A stretch of DNA of 18,411 nt from a bacterium. Its GTDB lineage: Bacteria; SZUA-182; DTGQ01. The stretch is from the NCBI GenBank assembly GCA_040752695.1, contig JBFMGO010000116.1, positions 1 to 18,411 of the forward strand. Reading direction: 5' to 3'. Positions 9,210 to 15,415 of this stretch are shown piece after piece. The position numbers were made by a program, and so were the translations under genes. The notes below the pieces were generated by a model. That model had not been told where the DNA came from and made no database searches. It was given only the letters and a program-made list of their open reading frames with translations. Numbering within the stretch: position 1 is the first letter of the stretch; every line of letters begins with the position of its first letter.

Positions 9210-9497
9210 TATTCCCCTGATCTAAAACATCTTCGAAAAGCAGTTGGAAGGTTGTAATGAACAGGGCGCTAACGAACAAGACTGTAATGAGGAGATGCTC
9301 ATTTGAAGGGTAACCGAAAAGGCTAAGGGGGCAGTAACTCCCGGGGATTTCCGAAAAGGCCAGGGGAGAGTAGGCCCCCCTATTCTCTTGCCCAACAACA
9401 GGCAAGGAGAATCCTGGCCCTACAGGACATAATAATAACGGCTTTGTGATGGGTTTCTATACCATCTTCTTAGTACGGACGATCAGGTGAACGAACA

Positions 9498-9725
9498 GTG
9501 GATAATCTTGCACCAATCGGCAAGCTCCTGCTCATAGCAGGAATTATTCTGATGATTATGGGAATCATTGCCATCTATGGTCCCAAAATTCCTTATATCG
9601 GCAGGCTTCCCGGCGATATCTATATCAAGAGGGATAATTTCCGTTTTTATTTCCCGATCACAAGCAGCATCGTTATCAGTATCATCCTGACTTTGATTTT
9701 TTTTCTTATCAGCAGATTCAGGTAA
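9498..9725 (+). CDS. DUF2905 family small membrane protein
   Basis: Two hydrophobic segments flank GRLPGDI and FYFPITS. 75 aa, GTG start. Confidence 0.88.
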   Translation: MDNLAPIGKLLLIAGIILMIMGIIAIYGPKIPYIGRLPGDIYIKRDNFRFYFPITSSIVISIILTLIFFLISRFR

Positions 9726-9893
9726 ATTTAAACTATGTTCTCTCTCCCAGGCTACGTTTAAGGAAAAGTCCCGGCCATTCCCCCCGTCCGTCACGGAGAA
9801 GCAAGTCTTGTCAAAAAAGGCAAGGATAAGTCCACCCCTCATTCCATCTATCCACCTTTCTCTCTATCCCCGCTCCTCTATCTGCCCCCTCCT

Positions 9894-10844
9894 TTATGTG
9901 CTGCTGGCCGGATTGGCATAGCAATAGAGGCACTTATGGTGGCAAGGTTGGTCACGGTAAGAGCCGATGTCCCGGGAAACCCTGCACTTACATCCCTCAC
10001 GGTGACGCTGCCCATAGTCAAACCGCAAACTGATATGCCCGCCGAAGCGCTTTTGCAAAAGGTCATTGGGAATGCATGAGCTCGCCCTGACCTTCGAATA
10101 TGCAGGGAGAGCGCCTAAGAGGGTTTTCTCACAACAGGTATAAAGATCTATGGAAAGCGCAGCCAGTGTCTTTTCCATATCCAGCAGAATTTCAACCTGC
10201 TCTTGCTTCCCAGGATAGATGAAGGCAAATCCCGGCATTCTTCGAAGGCGTTTTCGAATCTTGCCGTAATCATCCATAAAGCTGGTGGTGCAGCGCTTGA
10301 CACCCATAAGGCTCATAGCCTCTGCGATGCTGCTAAGATCATGAAGATTGTTATGTATCCTTCCTCCACAATCAATTTCCCTGCCTTTATCCGTATCCTT
10401 ACCTGTATCCTTATCTTTATCTGTATCCTTATCTTTGGTTTTATAAAAGCAGATTGGGTCGAACCGCCAGGATATAACCTCCGGGCCATATTCCCGGATC
10501 AAGGCTCGCGCTTGTTCCAATCGGTACTCAAGAGGCGGAATACAGGGTTCAAGAATTGCGTCTTCAGAGTTAATGGTAAAATGGAAAAAAAGATGAAACC
10601 CCCGCCGGCTCAACTCCCTGCCGTATCCACCGTCTAAAAAGGGACCGTAATTCTTTGACCAGAAAACCAGCGTATGGACCTTATCCGGTGTAGCCGCCAC
10701 AGTCATAGCTTGCCCGGAGATCGGGTTTTGTACCTCGAAGAATCCCTGTCCGATCCTTTCCATAAACCAGTCCATGTAAAAGGCCGGTATATCGGTCCGC
10801 CTGGAGGCGGAAATAACAATCTTTTCAGAAGAATCGGCAGCCAC
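9894..10844 (-). CDS. DUF1848 family protein (radical-SAM-like, C-terminal CxxxCxxC)
   Basis: VISASRRTDIPAFY, VFWSKN, WRFDPI, CKC..SRDIGSY and CHHKCLYCYAN. GTG start after a GGGAG. Confidence 0.9.
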   Translation of the reverse strand: MAADSSEKIVISASRRTDIPAFYMDWFMERIGQGFFEVQNPISGQAMTVAATPDKVHTLVFWSKNYGPFLDGGYGRELSRRGFHLFFHFTINSEDAILEPCIPPLEYRLEQARALIREYGPEVISWRFDPICFYKTKDKDTDKDKDTGKDTDKGREIDCGGRIHNNLHDLSSIAEAMSLMGVKRCTTSFMDDYGKIRKRLRRMPGFAFIYPGKQEQVEILLDMEKTLAALSIDLYTCCEKTLLGALPAYSKVRASSCIPNDLLQKRFGGHISLRFDYGQRHREGCKCRVSRDIGSYRDQPCHHKCLYCYANPASST

Positions 10845-11058
10845 GGGGACTCCCTTGACAGGTTAATGTCATGATCAGTTTCTCCTCCCACAGGTCAATT
10901 GCCATTCCCTTGCAGCAGGAATCTGTCTTACGGGCGCGATTCCTCTTCGGGTGTATCCTCCCTGTATAATAAGCATGCCATCCCTTGCCTGCATGGCTTC
11001 TCTACTGGCATGACCCCTGCTGCATGTATAATCACAAGTATTTTACATAGTATTTGAA

Positions 11059-11673
11059 TTACAGATACTTAGCATAGTACTCCACTACGAGATTCTCGTC
11101 CAGATCCATGGGGATTTCGTCCCTTTGGGGAATCGCGGTTAGCCTCCCCTGCACGTTACCTTTATCCACCTCTATATACGGAATCTTTGGCCGGGATGTA
11201 CTCCTCTCCAGTCCCTCCTGGACGGCAGGGGCGTTCCTGCTCTCTTCCTTTATCATGATAAGATCTCCCACTTTGGCCAGATAGGAAGGTTCAGTGGTCT
11301 TACGGCCGTTTACCTTGATGTGGCCATGAACCACTAACTGCCGAGCCGCAAGCCTTGTCGGAGCAAACCCCATCCGATAAACGAGATTGTCAAGACGCCG
11401 CTCAAGAAGCCTGAGCAGATTTTCTCCCGCAGCCCCCGGCTGCCTCATGGCCTTTTCCAAATAACTCCTAAACTGCTTCTCCGAGAGCCAATAGGAGAAT
11501 CTCAATTTCTGCTTCTCGGTAAGCCGCTTTTTATAATCGCTCATCCTGCCCCGGTTGGAAGGGTGTATTCCTGGCCTGTTCCCTCTCTTGAGCAGGGCAC
11601 AACGAATAGATCCGCAGACAGAGTATCCCAAACTTCGACATACCCTGCATTTTGGGCCGGTATAGTGTCCCAT
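11059..11673 (-). CDS. rpsD: 30S ribosomal protein S4, stand-alone, Cys4 zinc-ribbon type
   Basis: AAGGAGG RBS before ATG 11673 (MGHYTGPKC). Motifs PGIH, SDYKKRLTEKQKLR, LLERRLDNLVYRMGFA, ARQLVVHGH and VVEYY. 204 aa. Confidence 0.95.
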   Translation of the reverse strand: MGHYTGPKCRVCRSLGYSVCGSIRCALLKRGNRPGIHPSNRGRMSDYKKRLTEKQKLRFSYWLSEKQFRSYLEKAMRQPGAAGENLLRLLERRLDNLVYRMGFAPTRLAARQLVVHGHIKVNGRKTTEPSYLAKVGDLIMIKEESRNAPAVQEGLERSTSRPKIPYIEVDKGNVQGRLTAIPQRDEIPMDLDENLVVEYYAKYL

Positions 11674-11710
11674 TTGCCCAACACCTCCTTTACTTCTCAA
11701 TCACAGCACC

Positions 11711-11758
11711 TTATTAAACAGGCACTCTGACGTGTTATTAAACGGGCACCCTGACGTG
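11711..11758. repeat. 24-bp direct tandem repeat upstream of rpsD
   Basis: ttattaaacaggcactctgacgtg / ttattaaacgggcaccctgacgtg (22 of 24 identical). Confidence 0.9.
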
Positions 11759-12019
11759 CCTCCTCCCACCCTGTCACTCTCTCACCCTGTCTTTATAGCT
11801 TCCCACCCTCCCTGGCAGTTTTGTACAACGCAGCGAGAGACCCCATATAAGCTATTTTAAACCTAATCTATTGTTTTTTCAATAATATTTATTCACAGCA
11901 CAGGCAGGGAATTTTTAGCTCGATATGATGTTCAAAGTTGACGAAACATTATCAGCCGGCGAGATGCCTCCAATAGTTATAAAGCATCTCATGATTTTTC
12001 AAACAGGCTCTGAATAACG

Positions 12020-12048
12020 TTGTCTTTCAATCTGGATAAGGATATACT
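12020..12048 (+). promoter_or_regulatory. Putative sigma70 promoter for the TPR gene
   Basis: TTGTCT-17 bp-TATACT. Confidence 0.45.
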
Positions 12049-12225
12049 TAATTCAAGTGCAAATTACGGATTAGATGCTGTAAAGGATGCAGACTGGTGG
12101 AGGCACCCTGACTCAGGTGCAGGATATATTGTATGCCCCTTACGAATCCAGACTTGCCGCCCTTATCATGATCGTTATACCTTGATCATCTTAAAGCATG
12201 ACCATGATAGAATGACCATGAATAT

Positions 12226-13386
12226 ATGGAGGATAATAAGCTGAAACTGAAGATACTGATACCAGGCTTGATCATCTGTTTATGTCTTATTCTGGGTGTA
12301 CGGTCATTCATTATGACCAAAAGGGAAGAGAAGGCTAAAAGCTACTATCAGCAAGGGGTCAATTTTTATCAAAAAGGTGAGTACGGACGGGCTGTCGCTG
12401 ATCTTAGCAGGGCGATAGAGATAAACCCGAATTATCCTGATGCTTTTTCCCATCGGGGAAGCGCATATGATGACCAGGGCGAGCCGGAGCGGGCTATCAG
12501 CGATTATACCAGGGTCATAGAGATGAACCCGCTGGAGGCCGAAGCATATTATCGCCGGGGAATCATTTTTTGCAAGAGAGAAAAACACGAACGGGCCATC
12601 AGTGATTTTACGAAAGCCATAGGGTTGAATCCGGAGCATATTGACGCTTATTTTAGACTTATCTACTGCTATATCAAGCTCGATCAGCACGAGGCTGCGG
12701 CGGAAGCCTTCAAACGGGTTCTTCGCTTGAAACCCAATTATGCCGAGGCGTATCACTCCCTTGGGTCCACCTACGCTGTGCTCGGGCGACACAAGGACGC
12801 AGTGGAAGCTTTCAAGCAGGCGATCCGCATCAAACCTGACTACGCTGAAGCATACTGCACTTTGGGTTCGTCCTATGCCGAGCTTGGACAACACAGCGAG
12901 GCTCTGGGGGTCATCAGACAGGCGATCCGCCTAAAGCCCGACTATGTTAAGGCACATTGCTCCCTGGGATCGGTTTTGGCCGAGACCGGACGACTTAAAG
13001 ATGCAGTAGAGGCTTTCAAACAGGCGATCCGCATCAAACCTGACTACGCTGAGGCTCACTGCAATCTGGGCATGGCCTATTTCAAGCTCAAGCGTGACCA
13101 GGACGCACTGAAAGTATTCAAGCAGGCGATCCGCTTAGCGCCCGACTTTGCCAAGGCTCACTACCTCCTGGGCTCAACCAATGCCGTACTTGGGCGACAT
13201 AAAGAGGCAGTGGATGCCTTCAGGAAGGCAATCCAACTTAATCCCGACTATGCAGAGGCACACTATAATCTGGGTGTAGCCTATATGATACTTGGGGACA
13301 GCAGCGCCGCTTTGGATGAGTATAAAATTCTCAAAGACCTGAATAAGGACCTGGCCAACAATCTCTTTAATCTCCTCTACGAGTAA
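12226..13386 (+). CDS. Membrane-anchored tetratricopeptide repeat protein (about 10 TPRs, no catalytic domain)
   Basis: N-terminal hydrophobic segment, then 34-aa repeats (AEAYxxLG...A...FKQAIRIKPDY). Confidence 0.93.
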   Translation: MEDNKLKLKILIPGLIICLCLILGVRSFIMTKREEKAKSYYQQGVNFYQKGEYGRAVADLSRAIEINPNYPDAFSHRGSAYDDQGEPERAISDYTRVIEMNPLEAEAYYRRGIIFCKREKHERAISDFTKAIGLNPEHIDAYFRLIYCYIKLDQHEAAAEAFKRVLRLKPNYAEAYHSLGSTYAVLGRHKDAVEAFKQAIRIKPDYAEAYCTLGSSYAELGQHSEALGVIRQAIRLKPDYVKAHCSLGSVLAETGRLKDAVEAFKQAIRIKPDYAEAHCNLGMAYFKLKRDQDALKVFKQAIRLAPDFAKAHYLLGSTNAVLGRHKEAVDAFRKAIQLNPDYAEAHYNLGVAYMILGDSSAALDEYKILKDLNKDLANNLFNLLYE

Positions 13387-13427
13387 CGATCGCTCAAGTG
13401 ACAATCGCTCAGGTAACGATCGCTAAC
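13383..13427. repeat. 15-bp tandem repeat (3 copies) beginning at the TPR gene stop codon
   Basis: gTAAcgatcgctcaa gTGAcaatcgctcag gTAAcgatcgctaac. Confidence 0.9.
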
Positions 13428-13523
13428 CATAATCTGACAGGGCCGCACCGATATTAAGATTTACCACACACTTTTCGGACAGGCTCTGCGTCATAATATC
13501 TATACTCCTTATACTGCCTGAAA

Positions 13524-13606
13524 TGTCATTATACCTATACATTAACTGCTGATTTTTTCATAAACTGTCATTATACCTATACACTACCTGCTGATTTCTT
13601 CATAAA
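13524..13606. repeat. 41-bp direct repeat (period 42), candidate enhancer/UAS
   Basis: tgtcattatacctatacattaactgctgattttttcataaa versus tgtcattatacctatacactacctgctgatttcttcataaa (38 of 41 identical). Confidence 0.9.
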
Positions 13607-13691
13607 AGGTACAAGCCGGACTGACCATTCCAGCCCTTTAGGTTCATAAGCAACCTATTCCTTCCTTTCGTTACCGGTTCTAATCATTATC

Positions 13692-13707
13692 TGGCATTCC
13701 CCTTGCT
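13692..13707 (+). promoter_or_regulatory. Putative sigma54 (-24/-12) promoter
   Basis: TGGCATTCCCCTTGCT has GG at 13693-13694 and GC at 13705-13706 with the canonical 10-nt spacing. It closely matches TGGCAC-N5-TTGC(A/T). Confidence 0.65.
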
Positions 13708-13825
13708 TTAAAGATGAGATGGATGAGAGCACTAGTAATCTTTCCGAGACCGATGATTATGGCTCCACACCTGATGAATAGCATTTCCAAAACCACAATG
13801 AGAGATAAGAAATAACTTAAAAAAT

Positions 13826-13940
13826 ATAAAGAGAATAGATAAGTATAAAGAAAATAAATAAGCATAAAAAGAATAGATAAATACTCAAGAGAATAGAGAG
13901 AGAAAAAACATACCGAGAAGTGAAAGGAAGTGAAAGGAAA
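13826..13940. repeat. Purine-rich 19-bp degenerate tandem repeat (4 copies) plus GAAGTGAAAG twice
   Basis: ataaagagaatagataagt ataaagaaaataaataagc ataaaaagaatagataaat actcaagagaatagagaga. Confidence 0.75.
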
Positions 13941-13956
13941 GGCAAATTCTCCATTG

Positions 13957-14210
13957 GGAGTAACCGGCGGTTATCTCATTGCTGATTGGTTTTACTCCGA
14001 GAAAAAATAGGCAAATTCAACCTCACCTGAGGTCGAGTCAATTGTTGTTGCACCTGCTCGTAATTCCACCGAGAGTTGTTCATTTTAGATCGATCTGCCT
14101 GTGGTTACATTTGCAAAAGGAGTTCCAGCCATACGAGCAGCCTTCTCTATGACTATAACTCCTGAATCAGCCGGTTACTCCAAAGATATTACCTGCGTGC
14201 TTCTTACGCA
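13957..14210 (+). ncRNA. Candidate structured RNA or leader element of unknown class
   Basis: A perfect 12-bp inverted repeat (13957-13968 / 14170-14181) encloses further 9-bp and 7-bp complementary pairs. No ORF of 60 aa or more. No family recognised. Confidence 0.3.
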
Positions 14211-14442
14211 TTTTACTGCCAGTTTCACTTGGTGATTCCAATATGGATACTGACTGTTTCTGCCTGATGAACTCATCCCCAGACCCGGTGATCTGACCGT
14301 GGCTGGTGAACTGCTGATTCTGGTTATCCGCATGTGAATGGAGCAGAAGAGTCAGTCGTTATATACAACAGGGGAAGAGTTATCAAGCACTAAAAATGAG
14401 GATAGAGGAAGAGGAGAAGAAAAGACAGTGCAGGAAAAAAAT

Positions 14443-15207
14443 ATGACGAGCCTGGCGAAGAAACTGACCCTCGCTGTTGCAGGGTTGTTATTGTCTGGGG
14501 TAGTAACGGTTGGTGGAATTGATCTCACCTGCAGCTCGTGGTTTTGTATTACGTGTCATGAAATGAAAGAACTCGGCAACAATTGGAGGTTTTCAAAGCA
14601 TGGTCCCTATAATCCGAATAATCCTGAAATGCATAACTGTTTGAAGTGTCATGCTCAGCCAGGGTTAGTGGGACTTTTGAAAGCCAAGGTCAGCGGCCTT
14701 TTTTCTTTGTCTTATCACCTTGGGGGAAACTACCATGTTGAGGCTACTCAACCGGTTGTTTGTATCCGGGGAGGCTGTCATCAACTGGAAGATCTGGACA
14801 GGGCAAACCGCCCTAATCGGACGGTTGCGTTGAATCACAGTCAGCATGTTAAAGTGATGCAAAAAGTCGGGACACGGTCTCATTGTATGCCCTGCCATCG
14901 CAATATTGCTCACGGTGAGGACAGCTACTTGCCGAATATGAGAAAAGACTGCTTTCTGACGTGTCATACTGCCGAGGGTATTACCAGTTCGAAGTGCACC
15001 TCATGCCATCCAGTTCACCCGGATGTTCGACTGGAGGGGAGGAGTACCCCTTTACTTGCTTTACATAAGGACGCCAACGTCACGTGCCTTGAATGCCATG
15101 CAGGGCTTTGCAAAGCTTCGGAAAATACCTGCGATGAATGCCATGCAGGCAATGATTACGGCAACCTGATTACGTTTCTGGCAAAGAAAACCGAAGCGAT
15201 ACAATAG
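14443..15207 (+). CDS. Membrane-anchored multiheme c-type cytochrome, NapC/NirT-like N-terminus, up to 8 hemes
   Basis: A TM helix is followed by FCITCHEM (the CxxCHxM pattern of NapC/NrfH). Six canonical CxxCH (CITCH, CLKCH, CMPCH, CTSCH, CLECH, CDECH) plus CIRGGCH and CFLTCH. The ORF track starts at 14338, but ATG 14443 or GTG 14428 is more plausible. Confidence 0.9.
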   Translation: MTSLAKKLTLAVAGLLLSGVVTVGGIDLTCSSWFCITCHEMKELGNNWRFSKHGPYNPNNPEMHNCLKCHAQPGLVGLLKAKVSGLFSLSYHLGGNYHVEATQPVVCIRGGCHQLEDLDRANRPNRTVALNHSQHVKVMQKVGTRSHCMPCHRNIAHGEDSYLPNMRKDCFLTCHTAEGITSSKCTSCHPVHPDVRLEGRSTPLLALHKDANVTCLECHAGLCKASENTCDECHAGNDYGNLITFLAKKTEAIQ

Positions 15208-15318
15208 GCAGTCATAAGCGATAATTAAGCAGCCCGAAGCTGAAATATGCAGGCCGAAGCGATAAATAAACAGCCTGAAGCAATAAAACAATCAGCTCGG
15301 GAGCGATAAAAATAAGCG
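15191..15318. repeat. Degenerate ~21-bp tandem repeat (6 copies) beginning in the last codons of the cytochrome gene
   Basis: ccgaagcgatacaaTAGgcag tcataagcgataattaagcag cccgaagctgaaatatgcag gccgaagcgataaataaacag cctgaagcaataaaacaatcag ctcgggagcgataaaaataagcg. Confidence 0.85.
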
Positions 15319-15383
15319 CTCTTGAAGGACACAGGCAGCAGGAATAATCAAACCTTTGGGGTCAGGAGAGAGCGGCTTTTTCC

Positions 15384-15408
15384 CTTGACTGGACTTACAC
15401 AAGTCAAG
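15384..15408. terminator. Hairpin between convergent genes, possible terminator
   Basis: CTTGACT-N11-AGTCAAG stem just beyond the baeRF stop at 15416. No clear U-tract. Confidence 0.3.
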
Positions 15409-15415
15409 AAACAAT

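Noticed and set aside
11006..11021. Second sigma54-like site TGGCATGACCCCTGCT
   Set aside because: It points antisense into the 3' end of rpsD, has CTGC instead of TTGC, and lies within a gcatg-based degenerate repeat that explains it.
13680..13865. 61-aa hydrophobic minus-strand ORF
   Set aside because: The F/L/Y-rich sequence is a by-product of the purine-rich repeat on the plus strand, and there is no RBS.
13993..14124. Moco (molybdenum cofactor) or c-di-GMP-I riboswitch
   Set aside because: The ends ACTCCGAG...TTTGCAAAAGGAGT loosely recall the Moco motif and GGCAAA recalls GEMM. However, the internal conserved elements (TAYGG and CCTCCC..GGAAAGG for Moco; GAAA tetraloop, GCAAAG and receptor for GEMM) are missing, and no start codon follows the GGAG. 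A cmscan search is needed to close this.
13988..14333. Pseudogene or read-through ORF on the minus strand (…GVIVIEKAARMAGTPFANVTTGRSI*NEQLSVELRAG…)
   Set aside because: The composition is protein-like, but the frame is broken by TAA stops (not Sec/Pyl codons) and matches no family I recognise. It cannot be excluded without tBLASTx.
14338..14442. N-terminal 35-aa extension of the cytochrome in the ORF track
   Set aside because: It is low-complexity purine-rich sequence with no RBS before 14338. SD-like GAGGAG/AGGA motifs precede GTG 14428 and ATG 14443 instead.
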